From: Macrostomum lignano
Lineage: Eukaryota
Assembly (NCBI GenBank): GCA_002269645.1
Contig: NIVC01002821.1
Span: 74,045-138,044 of the forward strand
Reading direction: 5' to 3'
DNA length: 64,000 nucleotides
Part shown: positions 44,801 to 60,985 of the stretch, in pieces
Position numbering within the stretch: the first letter of the stretch is position 1
How the letters are laid out: each line of letters opens with the position of its first letter
Notes under the pieces: model-generated
Seen by the model: only the letters and a program-made list of their open reading frames with translations
The model's database searches: none
Told to the model about the DNA's origin: nothing
Position numbers and translations under genes: made by a program

Positions 44801-46052
44801 GTTTTAGGACCATTCTATCATTTATTTAAATATCTAATAAATGTAGGCCTACTGCCTACACCAAAAAGTGTCATTTGATCATTCAAAATAGGCCTATTTT
44901 TTGCAAATAAGACACTCTTCAACTCTATAAATTAAATTAAAGAGCATTATTGCCAAATCAGGCTAACAATATATTTGTAAATAAATAATTAAATCATATA
45001 TATATAAATATATATAGCAATAGCATATACTGCATATTCTCATATTCATTAAACATAATTTAAGATAGTTTTCTAAGTTATAGGCAAAACTAATAAGCAA
45101 AACTTGGACTATAGATTTTATTGTATGTTTGAAGTTATAGGCTTATATAATATAGACTCTATGTTTAAAATAGTTAAAAGACTCTAGTCTATGTTTTTCT
45201 AAAGTAGGCCTAAATGTTTGAAAATATAAGATTATAGTATGACAATAATAATCTTGATTTAATTAAGCTTTTATATAGTGTTCTTGTGTTTTTAATAATA
45301 TATAAACATAATTATTAGTTATATTTAATTTCATAATAGATACATGCTATTTTTGCAATTTTTTTCTTTTTGTTTTACTGTATAATCATACATGCCCAAC
45401 CTTAAAATTTTACTAGGTACAACTTAGTTTTTCCCAATTGCAACTTAGTTCCTCTCAATTGCACTTTTCACTTTGTATATGACTTTTCTTGCCTTTTACT
45501 CTTTTCTTTTCTTTCTCTTTCTCTTTCCTCTTTCTCCTCTCTTTCTTTCTCCTTTCTTTTTTCTTTTCCTCTCCTTTCTTCTCCCAATTTTTGTTTTTTG
45601 CATTTTTTTATAACTAGGCCTAACCTTGGACAGTGGCCATTTCACTTGTCTAGTTTGGATGGGTTGGATAGGTGTTAGGCATGTATGTATATGATTCTAA
45701 GATATAGTATAATATTTAAAATGCAGGTGGAATTCAATTTTGTAACCTTCTTCTCATGTTGCCCTCCTGATTGGTTGAGCTAGGCCTATATATCCATTTC
45801 TATTCACTAAGATCATTAAATTGTTACCAGATTATTTACCAATAAAACATAAAAATATTTATAATAAAAATTAGCTGTTTACACTCAAACTAATAATCTG
45901 CTACAATATCAATAGGTTAGTTATTTCAATTAGAAATAGAATGAATAATTAGTTTTTAGATTTATTTAAAAAATTGATCATTTTTTAAACATTTATTTGT
46001 TTCTTGAATTCATTTTTAGTAAAATTTCTTAATACCAAACAAACAAAACAAG

Positions 46053-46087
<35 letters not shown>

Positions 46088-46529
46088 GCTATAGTTGTTA
46101 TAAATAATAAAAAAGTTTTGCATGAATTTTAGGTTTGTTATAGCTAAAGAGTTATAGCCTAATGGTTAATGTTATGACTAAATAAATGTTAGTTATAAAG
46201 TGGCCAATATCACTAGCTTTAGATATAGAAAATATACATTCCTGTAACAATATTTGTATCTATATGTTCTGTCTAAAAACCTCCATATTCATAACTTCCC
46301 ATAGCCATATCCATAGCTATGACCAACTCTAGGACCTAATTACCCTAAAATCAAGTTTCAGTTGTGGGTGTCAGCAGGAGAAAGATTTCATCTGATTTTT
46401 TCAATTTTCATATTCATATTCATATTTAGAAATATTGATGGTTCATTCCATCTCTAGCATTAATATCCTGTTTTACCTGCTCATTGGTTAGTAACAATAA
46501 TTTTTTATTAGTGAAGCAATGTGCCAATC

Positions 46530-46857
46530 TTAGGCATAAGCAGCCATATGCTAATCATAGGCATAAGCAACCATATGCACTAATCATAGGCATAAGCAAC
46601 CATATGCTAATCATAGGCATAAGCAACCATATGCTAATCATAGGCATAAGCAACCATATGCTAATCATAGGCATAAGCAGCCATATGCTAATCATAGGCA
46701 TAAGCAGCCATATGCTAATCATAGGCATAAGCAACCATATGCTAATCATAGGCATAAGCAGCCATATGCTAATCATAGGCATAAGCAACCATATGCTAAT
46801 CATAGGCATAAGCAACCATATGCTAATCATAGGCATAAGCAGCCAAATGCTAATCAT
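46530..46857. repeat. 27-bp tandem repeat, ~12 copies, just upstream of ATP5F1B
   Basis: CTAATCATAGGCATAAGCAACCATATG units. Confidence 0.95.
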
Positions 46858-46879
46858 AGCAAGCTGAAAACTGCAGACC

Positions 46880-50612
<3,733 letters not shown>

Positions 50613-51064
50613 AGCGGCGATGAACCCGTCTGAACTCGAAGCTTTAGCCCGTCGGCTCTTCAGTTACTAAACATAATTTTAATAGATAGCTATGAACATA
50701 TGATAGACCGGTAGCTAAGACCTCCTTGACTGAGAAATACAAGTTTCCTTCTGTCTTCATTACTAGTTATTATCACCAGCCGCAAGAACCGTTCAATTCC
50801 TTTATTGAACCAAATGTTTGAATTTGTTTCCTATCTTTAAGCGATGATTTATAAAGTTATAGGTTTTTTGTTTAAATTTTGGCTTTAAAATGAGCCACTC
50901 TAGTACTACATATACTACTATGCTGAATGCTATACTGAATCGAGGCGGATAATATTGCTTGGAAATAAATATTAAATAAAACCTGATAGCTCGAGGTTGC
51001 GCTTGTGACGGCTGCCAAGTCTTAGGCTCCCGTTTATTTATTTTAATTTTTTTGCATGCATCGC

Positions 51065-51505
51065 TTAATCATTAGGCCACTCTTAGTGTTGCATTAGAGC
51101 AATAGGACTTTATCATTAGGTCACTCTTAGAGTCGCACATTAGAGCAGTAGGACTTCATAATTAGGTCACTCTTAGAGTCGCACATTAGAGCAGTAGGAC
51201 TTCATCATTAGGTCACTCTTAGAGTCGCACATTAGAGCAGTAGGACTTCATCATTAGGTCACTCTGAGTCGCACATTAGAGCAGTAGGACTTCATCATTA
51301 GGTCACTCTGAGTCGCACATTAGAGCAGTAGGACTTCATCATTAGGTCACTCTGAGTCGCACATTAGAGCAGTAGGACTTCATCATTAGGTCACTCTGAG
51401 TCGCACATTAGAGCAGTAGGACTTCATCATTAGGTCACTCTGAGTCGCACATTAGAGCAGTAGGACTTCATCATTAGGCCACTCTGAGTCGCACATTAGA
51501 GCAGT
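51065..51505. repeat. 44/46-bp tandem repeat, ~10 copies, between ATP5F1B and ATP5MG
   Basis: CATTAGGTCACTCTGAGTCGCACATTAGAGCAGTAGGACTTCAT units. Confidence 0.95.
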
Positions 51506-51556
51506 AAATCGCATTCCAAACGCAATCGCCCACCCATCGGCTCTCTCTCTCATGCG

Positions 51557-51886
51557 ATGAGCGCCCTGGTGAAGTCCGTGGCCTCAGCCACCCAGTCTGG
51601 CATCCGCAGCGCCGGCCCCAAGCTGTCGAAGTTTTGGCGATACGCCCGCGTCGAGCTGAAGCCGCCGACGCCCGCCGAGGTGCCGCAGATCTCGGCCGAG
51701 TTCGGCAAGCTGATGCAGGCGGCCAGGCGGCAGAACTGGCGCGAGCTGACGGTCGCCCAGTGCCTGGTGAGCACCGGAGTGGCGGTGGAGGTCGCCTGCT
51801 GGTTTTTCTTTGGCGAGATCATCGGCCGCCGGTCCATCATCGGCTACAGCCGCGTACCGCACGGCTTCCACGTGCACTCGCTGTGA
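51557..51886 (+). CDS. ATP5MG: Mitochondrial ATP synthase subunit g
   Basis: Intronless, 109 aa; YARVELKPP, LTV, EVACWFFFGEIIGRRSIIGY motifs. Confidence 0.93.
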   Translation: MSALVKSVASATQSGIRSAGPKLSKFWRYARVELKPPTPAEVPQISAEFGKLMQAARRQNWRELTVAQCLVSTGVAVEVACWFFFGEIIGRRSIIGYSRVPHGFHVHSL

Positions 51887-52976
51887 GCCGCGGCTCTCGG
51901 ACAGAACACAGACTCGAATAGTTTATAAACTTTACTACTGTGGATTTAGGTCGGTCCTGATTGCTCCATCTGCATTGATAGCACATCTGTGTAGTTGTAG
52001 ACTAATGTCCCTCGCAAACAAGTTTTAGAACTACTATATTTATCTCTGCTGTGTGTGGATCAGCCCTACTGCACATCAACTTCAGATAATCCTAGCCTTA
52101 AACTTCGTAGTCCTACTGACCATCTGAATAATTTCGCTTGCTGTCAGTTTTTCGGCTTGCTGTCAAGCGCTACTGTACTGACTATCTATAGCTTCTCTCC
52201 AAATACACATCTGTTAAATAATCTAGACAAAGGGACACTCAAAATCAATTGAATTGTTAGAAATTAATTGGACAGTATGTTCTCCTGGAAATTATACTAA
52301 TTTGCTCCGTTTGAAGACTTGGGAGAATGCATCTTAAAAACCTTTTATAGTTTGTCCTCAGCTGCAACTCGGTTCGTTTGGCTGAAATTTTTTACTAAAA
52401 AGCCTTAAGTCTTATGCCCCTATACGTGTTCTTGGTGTTGGCTCTTGATGCTCTCGTCGGCATTCGCTCTGGCGTTGTGCTATGCAGCAAGTTTTCAGCG
52501 AGAAGGGCAGCTTGATTGCCTTTTGGAAGCGCTCCCATCGTTGTAGGCCGTTCTGGTCACACCAACTTCTCCATCTTGACTAGCGTTGGTTCCTCTGTGC
52601 GACACAGGAAACTGAGTCTAGGTCCAGTCAGTCTGCTTTGATATATTACCCCCATCGATGCGAAAGGGTCCAGCACTTAAAATCAGGTTCCTAGTTCTCA
52701 GGTACACAATGATCCTGCCTCGTCGGCCTGTAACTTGCCGCCTAATAGGACTGATGAAGAGTGAAGACAAAACAAAAACTGTCCAAAAAGGTCAATTGAC
52801 TCGGTCTATCGTGATGCTAGTTTATTCAACCAGATGTGAGGGCTGAAGTGAACAAATCAAGTACTCTGAGCGCTATACTATCTGCATCTGGATAGCTGTT
52901 ACAATTGGTCTTGCAAATGAACTGCTAATTCCCGAAGCACACGTTGCATGTGTCAGAACAGAAAGCTTGGTTCGTA

Positions 52977-54923
52977 TTATCCAAGAATATAAGCCACAGC
53001 TATGATTGCTTTTGGCTGCCGATTCGACTGTTTGGCCTTGGACTCGAACAGCGCATTCATGCAGAACTGCACCCACAGGTAGCTCTGCTGTTGTTGCTGT
53101 TTCTGCGGCATCCAGCCCACCGGCAGGGTAAGAGTCTGGCCCAGCTTCATCACTAAAATTGAAAACGAAAAGTCCAATAACTGAGTCTCGTAGGTACACA
53201 ACAAAACAGGCTTGACTAAAAAACAATTCGTTGGGAAAGTTGACTGCGCATGAATTACCGTCTTGATGCGCGGATCGCACCGCTTCCAGGTGCTGCGGAA
53301 AGATGTACTGATACAGTGAGGACGGCACGCTGACGTTCATGTCCTGATTTGACCGTTTGCTGCAGGTGGTGTGTGGTACATTAAATCGCACTTCAAAAGC
53401 TTTAAAGAAACATGATACAAGCTGGATCAAGCCTTCCTAACCTACCTGGTATCTCCTAGAACGATGCAGAAGTTTTCGTCCAGCCGTAGCACGCAGCTGT
53501 TCGCTGGCAGGTAGAGCTCGCTCAGAGCCAGCGAAGGTAACGCGGTTGCCAGGGCAACAAGGCCAAGCGGCTGTCCGCTACCAGCATCCACGCGACGCTG
53601 GCAGTGCAGCTGAACTGTCTGGAATCAAATTTTAACGATTGAAGATAGAAACGCAGTACATGGCAGGTTTATATACTCGTACGCAGGAAGTTCCTCCAAC
53701 AGCACCGAAGGCTCACCCTGTAGCCGGATATTGGCACCTGGGCGTTGCGCTTGCCAAGATTGGATCGAAGACGGACGCAGATATTCTCCATGGACAAGGC
53801 TACTAAAAAGGCAGGAAATTGCTACAATTGGAACTCAGAGCTCAATGAAAGCTTATTTTCCATGCAACTAGTTGGTGTCGGGTCATACTGGGTGTTGCAT
53901 CGTGTTTTTCCCAGAGAACCTGGGCCCACAGCAGTGACTAACCGTGCTCGTCTCGGGCGCGCCCCATCAGCTTCTCAGTGTGGTCGATGAGGCCCGCGTG
54001 GTCGGCTGTGTGCACGTAGCCCACCAGGTCATTGCCGGTCATGTCCACCTGCGACTGGCCCAGGAAAATGGACACGGTCTCGGAGATGTACAAGATGGTC
54101 AGATCGGTGCCCAGAATCATGAGAAAGCCGTCCACTGCCTGCAGGATGAGCCCGCCAAGATCGGGCGCCTCCGGCTGCTTCAGTTTTTTCTCCTCTTCGT
54201 CGGGCTTGCGGCACCAGCTGGGCAGGCCCGTGCTTGACAGCTGGCGCAGCTTCAAGTAGCTGACCGCCAACCGGATGACGGAGGCCTTGTCCAGCTGGCG
54301 GGCGATCTCCGGGTGCAGAGGCAGCAGCCGGGCCACGGCCAGGAATTCTAAGTTCTCCCGGCCGCGTCTGTGCCGGGCCGCGTCCCGCGACTTCTCACGT
54401 TTCGCGTCGACTGGAGCGCTGGAGCGTGTTTTGGTAGTGGTAAGGGACCTGCGCCTTGTACTGTACCAAGGACGGCCTACATTTAACAAGTACAAACTGT
54501 CAGTAACAGAAACCTCCATGCTTCTCAAACTAAATGCTCCTGGGTTGTTGATTCTACCTGAATCGTTGTTTACCAATGTCCCTTTCGCACGAGTTTGAAT
54601 TGGGTTTCGGTTACGGGTAACAAGCGGAATTTGACAGCTGCCCAAATCGTCTATTAGCTACTGTATTGAATAATCAAAATTTCTCTTAAAGAATCTCACC
54701 AAGTACCGTCCCCAGGAAAACAGTCAAACTCCTGGCCCGCACAGCCTGACTGGCCAAATGAAAACTGTTGCTGCTGCGCCGGTTGCTGCTGCTGCTGATG
54801 CAGCGGCAGAGTCCAGCCGCTCTGCTGGTAAAGGTATTCTCCACTAGGGGAGTTCACAGCAGCTGCCGCAGCCGCTGCTGCTGCAGTCACGGCGGCAGCC
54901 GCTGACGGGAAGGAGAAATCCAT
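52977..54923 (-). CDS. Class I bHLH-PAS transcription factor, trachealess/NPAS1/3-like
   Basis: Exons ~54700-54923, 53943-~54640 (acceptor uncertain), 53717-53802, 53446-53618, 53259-53359, 52977-53152. Motifs REKSRDAARHRRGREN.EF, QLDKASVIRL, YISETVSIFLGQSQVDMTG, RLRSNLGKR...SGYR, GLVALATALP, YLWVQ. The start codon is uncertain. Confidence 0.85.
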
Positions 54924-56264
54924 GCCAGCTTCAGACCTCCTTTTCTGCAACATTTACTTCTGCTGATTCTGAAGCTGCCGCAGAGCAGCGCTTTTGAATC
55001 CTCGCGGCCCGTGAGCCCCCGCCCCACCTCCGCCTCGTCCCCATCCGGCGGCAAAGCTTTGCTAGCTTCTACCGGATCAGAAATTTCTAGAAAAGAGCCG
55101 GGTAGAGAGAGTCTGCCGGGACCAAAAGCAGAAGATTGAAGTCGCAACACTGTGAGGGTTGCGAAATCCCGCGAGAGGGGTCGCCTCCTCCGCGGCCCCT
55201 CCTCAGCCCGCGCTGCCTGGGCGCGTAACAATTGAATTGTAAATGAGATTCGCTGCGACACTGAGAAGACTCGAATGGCGCTCAGCCCAACCCCCGCTGC
55301 GTGCGGCAGCTGCTGGAGACGCCTCTTCGGAATGCCTAATGAGCGGCCTGTTGGCGGGAGACCCCAGCGGGCCGCCGAGCTGATCACTGTCACTCTGCCC
55401 CTGTTTCTAATCCAATTAATTAGTTTTTAACACCGCGCCAGCCAGTCAGGTGGCCCGCGGCCGATCGCAGCCCCGCATCGATCGCGGTGTCGCTCCAGTG
55501 CGAGTAGAGACCGGCTCCAGCCTCTGATGCCAGATTTGGCCGGGAATATTCGGAGAGCTCGATGTCGCATCTCGGGCTGAGGGGGGGGGGCAGAGTCGCG
55601 CCGAGCTAATTAATTCCCAGCCGCCGCCAACGAAAAACTCCTCGAAATTTTTTCACAGCTTCTTTCGGCCGAGATTCCCAGCGGAATTCCGACGAACCAT
55701 GAAACTGGGAAGTGGGAAAATTTTAAGCTGCCGTGACTCACTGCATTGAGTGCGTAGGGATTGGGGTGTCGGAGAAGCGAGGTCCCTGCCAGCACTCGAT
55801 ACCAGAGCCTGCTACTTGTGCTCAGTGTCGCATTTGATTGATTGGAATGAACAACATTTATTTGCTGACCTGAGGCGGTTATGTTTTGTTAAAATCGATT
55901 TTAAGCACCCCTGCCCTTCCATTCCATCATAGTCTTAGTTCTGTGCCTGAACTAAAATTACGAAATGAAGATGACTGTATAGAAACTATTGACTATTTCC
56001 AACACTGGGCTAATAGTAGTATCTTGCAGGTGTTGTTTAAACTGAGCTTGCAATTCATTGTATATCGCGATCCGTACTCGATCGCAGATCTACTGACTTA
56101 ACAACTGTAGCGGCAAATTCTGAAAGTAGAGTACACTGAGAACTGCATATTACCACGCCCTGATGTCAATTTCAACAGCCCACTCAAGACACTGGCGACA
56201 AGACAAGACAATGGCTTCCAATCTAACACAGGATGCCCCCGCAACCTCAAGACTCTGGCGCCCT

Positions 56265-57900
56265 CACCCTAGACACTGCCCCCCCACCCAAGAAACTAGT
56301 GCGCCCACGATCCCTAGACACTGCCCCCACCCAAGAAACTAGTGCCCCCACGATCCCTAGACACTGCCCCCCCACCCAAGAAACTAGTGCCCCACGATCC
56401 CTAGACACTGCCCCCCCCACCAAGAAACTAGTGCCCCCACGATCCCTAGACACTGCCCCCCCCACCCAAGAAACTAGTGCCCCACGATCCCTAGACACTG
56501 CCCCCCCACCCAAGAAACTAGTGCCCCCACGATCCCTAGACACTGCCCCCCCCACCCAAGAAACTAGTGCCCCCACGATCCCTAGACACTGCCCCCCCCC
56601 ACCCAAGAAACTAGTGCCCCCACGATCCCTAGACACTGCCCCCCTCCCAAGAAACTAGTGCCCCCACGATCCCTAGACACTGCCCCCCCCCACCCAAGAA
56701 ACTAGTGCCCCCACGATCCCTAGACACTGCCCCCCCACCCAAGAAACTAGTGCCCCACGATCCCTAGACACTGCCCCCCTCCCAAGAAACTAGTGCCCCA
56801 CGATCCCTAGACACTGCCCCCCACCCAAGAAACTAGTGCCCCTACGATCCCTAGACACTGCCCCCCACCCAAGAAACAACTGCCCCCACGATCCCTAGAC
56901 ACTGCCCCCCCCACCCAAGAAACTAGTGCCCCCACGATCCCTAGACACTGCCCCCCCACCCAAGAAACTAGTGCCCCCACGATCCCTAGACACTGCCCCC
57001 CCCACCCAAGAAACTAGTGCCCCCACGATCTCTAGACACTGCCCCCCCCCCACCCAAGAAACTAGTGCCCCCACGATCCCTAACACTGCCCCCCCACCCA
57101 AGAAACTAGTGCCCCCACGATCCCTAGACACTGCCCCCCTCCCAAGAAACTAGTGCCCCCACGATCCCTAGACACTGCCCCCCCACCCAAGAAACTAGTG
57201 CCCCTACGATCCCTAGACACTGCCCCCCACCCAAGAAACAACTGCCCCCACGATCCCTAGACACTGCCCCCCCACCCAAGAAACTAGTGCCCCCACGATC
57301 CCTAGACACTGCCCCCCCACCCAAGAAACTAGTGCCCCCACGATCCCTAGACACTGCCCCCCCACCCAAGAAACTAGTGCCCCCACGATCTCTAGACACT
57401 GCCCCCCCCACCCAAGAAACTAGTGCCCCACGATCCCTAGACACTGCCCCCCCCCCACCCAAGAAACTAGTGCCCCCACGATCCCTAGACACTGCCCCCC
57501 CACCCAAGAAACTAGTGCCCCACGATCTCTAGACACTGCCCCCCCACCCAAGAAACTAGTGCCCCCACGATCCCTAGACACTGCCCCCCCCACCCAAGAA
57601 ACTAGTGCCCCCACGATCCCTAGACACTGCCCCCTCCCAAGAAACTAGTGCCCCCACGATCCCTAGACACTGCCCCCCCACCCAAGAAACTAGTGCCCCC
57701 ACGATCCCTAGACACTGCCCCCCACCCAAGAAACTAGTGCCCCTACGATCCCTAGACACTGCCCCCACCCAAGAAACTAGTGCCCCCACGATCCCTAGAC
57801 ACTGCCCCCCACCCAAGAAACTAGTGCCCCTACGATCCCTAGACACTGCCCCCCACCCAAGAAACTAGTGCCCCCACGATCCCAAGACACTGCCCCCCCC
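56265..57900. repeat. ~42-45-bp C-rich tandem repeat, >35 copies
   Basis: CCTAGACACTG(C)nACCCAAGAAACTAGTG(C)nACGATC units with variable C-runs. Confidence 0.95.
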
Positions 57901-59353
57901 CAAGCCGCTGGCGCCCCCACTCCAGTGCATGTCTAGACAAAGTTTATCTGTTTTCCTCCCCTCCCCATCAGCGGCCGCAGCGGCCTGCCTTGTCGCGAGG
58001 CTTCGGCGTGGCAAGGAACCGAAAATCCGCAACTCGCCCCTCCAGCCGCCCTAAAATTGGCATCAGCATTGGGAAGCCTCGGGGAGCAGCGGGATAATAA
58101 TCCCATAGTGGACAGTAAGGCATCAGGAGGGCTCGTGAGAACTGAAATTGGAAGTGGAATCCTGCCAGTTGACATTATCCCGGCCTGATTGCATTATATG
58201 CACCGGGCGCGCAGAGACCGCAGCCGGCACTGAAGGTCATTTGCAAACCTTCCCCACACCGGGCCTTTCCCGCCGATGCGAATTTCTTTCAGCCACGCGA
58301 GACCTCCGCGAGTCACAAAGGCTGTGGGGGTTGGGTGGCTCCACGGGCTGCTTATAGGCCTGAGCTGAGCAGTCTCTGAGGCAGAAGAAAGAAGAGAAGC
58401 AGCTGAGACAGAAGAGAGCGGTAAACAGGGGGAGAAACGGGAGGCCATTGGACTGCCTCAGCTGGGCAAACAGAGCGAAAAAACAAAGCAAACGCAACAG
58501 AGCGGAGGAGGCTGGAGGGACAGACCCGGGCTGTTCAGCTTGCTGACGAGGTTCCTTCATCACTCGACAGACAGGTGAGTGAGCATTGATACTCTTGCAT
58601 CTCTTCGCCTGCGTCTGGGTTACTGCGTTGCCTCAGCGAGACTGCGATATAGCAAATTGAAGGTATCGCAAAGGAAGAAAAACTTGCTTAAAGATACAAA
58701 AGAGAGACAGAGTTCATCTTAAGTGGATGCTGCTGAGAATGAGGTGGCTTAGTGTACTGTCCCATGACCTTTTAGCCCTGCGGGTATATAATGGCGCCCT
58801 TTAATTCCAAGCTCTCGTTACGGCCCGCTAATTAACATTATCCACCTGCTATTTGCGGGGCAGATAATGAGGTTTCGGCCATAGACATGTCTTTGTCCCG
58901 TTTTTGCCTTACTCGTGTGAAATATTTCTTTGGGCGGTATTTCTACAGTGTATTGGACTTCTCTCCCTCTGAGAGGAGAGACAGCTGATAGATTCAACAA
59001 AAGTTCAACAACAATGGATTGGGACAAAAAAGTCTATGGCACAAACGTTAACACCCATGCTTTGCGGGTGTTGATGAAAAATCCTCCGGCGCCGTATTAA
59101 TGGTATATTGTAACATGACATTTTAGCCCGGCGGGCACTTAATGTAACGACGCGATATATACAGATTTTTTCGGCAGCAATTTCGTAAGCTGAAGCCGCG
59201 TAGCGGCTAGAGCTTAGTAAAACAATTGCTGCCGTGAAAGAATCCGTCTATGTCGATATTGTACCCTTTTGCATGAAATTTATTGTTGCCGGATTTCTAG
59301 TCAATTCTGCTGTCTATGGCACTTTGAAAGAGCAGTAAAGCTAATAGTCAGTC

Positions 59354-60288
59354 GTCTATGGTACGAGTAGTTGGAAAGGACAGTGAAGACGACTCGCCTA
59401 TCTGTCATAAATAATTCTCTAGTGGATTTTTCAGCTTTCAATTAAATTACCAATAGAAAAAGGAGCTACATGTGTGTCCGTTTCGCTACAAAAACCCTGG
59501 CGGAGAAAATGTGGACTCTCCACGGACGAGTTGGCTTTTGTCAATCGAGAGTCGAGCAGTCGCTTTTCTGGAGAATAACAACTTGGATGCGTCGTTTATT
59601 ACCGAAGTGCTGCCTGAGCTGACTAGCGAAGATCTACAAATGCTGCACCGGATTGAGAATGAATCTGCGCCGAAATCGACCGAGACTCAACAAAAACTTT
59701 ACGTGGCAAGGTTCCGTCAGTTCCTCAACGAGAAGGGGGTCACCAGGAGTCTAAAGCGCGTGCCGGGTCGATTCCTGAACGATAGTCTAAGGCTTTTCTA
59801 TTCGTCTCTTTAAAAGCAGGATGGAGCACACTACGCGCCGAAGTCTTTTATCTGTTTTCGTGCGGCAATTCAACGGCACCTGCACTGGAACCCGTCCGTC
59901 AATCGCCAGGTGAACAGATTACTGGAGAATCATTCGAGTGTTGAAACGGAGTTCTTGTCGAACTTATATGTGACAGAAAAATAATACTACTCCTCTTGTT
60001 GTTTTTGTTGTGCGTCATTGTCAGGTTTCGATTCTTTTCTATGGCCAAATGCATCAGTTAATTTTCTGTTAATTGAATTGTTGCCGAGAGGATCACTGCC
60101 GAAAACCATAGACAAAAGGGTACAATCAATCCCTTTAATACCATAGACTACATTTAAGCCCACATAAATAGAAAAAAATGTACAAGTCAAAACTTTCATT
60201 AAATGCCCGCTAATTTGCGGGCAGTTTAACAACAGTTTCACATATAATTGGGGACAGCTTCGTTCTCATCTGTTCAAAGTGTCTATGG
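59354..60288 (+). mobile_element. Second Crypton-like tyrosine recombinase relic
   Basis: STETQQKLYVARFRQFLNEKG...FLNDSLRLFYSSL*KQDGAHYAPKSFICFRAAIQRHL (in-frame stop at 59811); GTCTATGG at 59354 and 60281. Boundaries are uncertain. Confidence 0.7.
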
Positions 60289-60707
60289 TTGCAATGTGCG
60301 GCTTCGCCCCCACACCCCCACTTTCCCCGCTCTTTCATTCTTCCTCTCTCAGCCTTGCCGAGCAAAAATGTCTATGGCGCTATAACAGTAAAACCTCGGG
60401 CATCCTCCGATTTCGTCCTCTGCCCTTAAAGCATGGGTATTAATCTAAATATACTAAATCTCTAAGGTTTGTATGTTTGTCCATAACGCTCTGGTTAATA
60501 TACTATTGCTCGTTGAGTATTGCACAGCCGTTGATGGTTGCCAGGTTGTGAGTTATACTCTGAAAAGTGACAGAAAGATTTAATAAATTAGAACAACACA
60601 GGTCAATGTGAATCGATTGCTTGATGTGAAGACGAGGTTTTCCCGCAGGGTTTTTACAGTTGGAATTTCAAGTCAAATCCGGTCTATAGACAATTCTGGA
60701 CAAAATA

Positions 60708-60985
60708 GAACTAGCCTAGACTAGGCTAGGCTAGGCTAGACTAGACATAAACTAGACTAGATTAAAAACTAGACTAGATTAGAACTAGGCTAGACTAGAT
60801 TTCAAATCCGAAAACTTCGGCGGTAAAAACTCTCGCGGGAAAACCTCCAGCGGGGAAACCTCGCTGAGGGAAATCTCGGCGGGAAAAGCTCAACGGGGAA
60901 ATCTCGGCGGGAAAAGCTCGGCGGGGAAATCTCGGCGGGAAAAGCTCGCGCGGGCAGACCTCGGCGGGAAAACTTCATGCGGGAA
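60708..60985. repeat. (CTAGA/CTAGG)n followed by ~20-bp GGCGGGAAAA repeats
   Basis: Read directly; probably the interior of a non-autonomous element. Confidence 0.8.

Noticed and set aside
44300-46480. AT-rich tract with a polypyrimidine run and (TA)n
   Set aside because: Low-complexity intergenic DNA with no further structure seen.
53545-53558. Near-perfect RFX X-box GTTGCCAGGGCAAC
   Set aside because: It lies within a coding exon (LVALAT) and is explained by the codons; no independent support.
56233-57868. Pro-rich mucin-like ORFs
   Set aside because: Translations of the C-rich array; the frame changes with variable C-run length.
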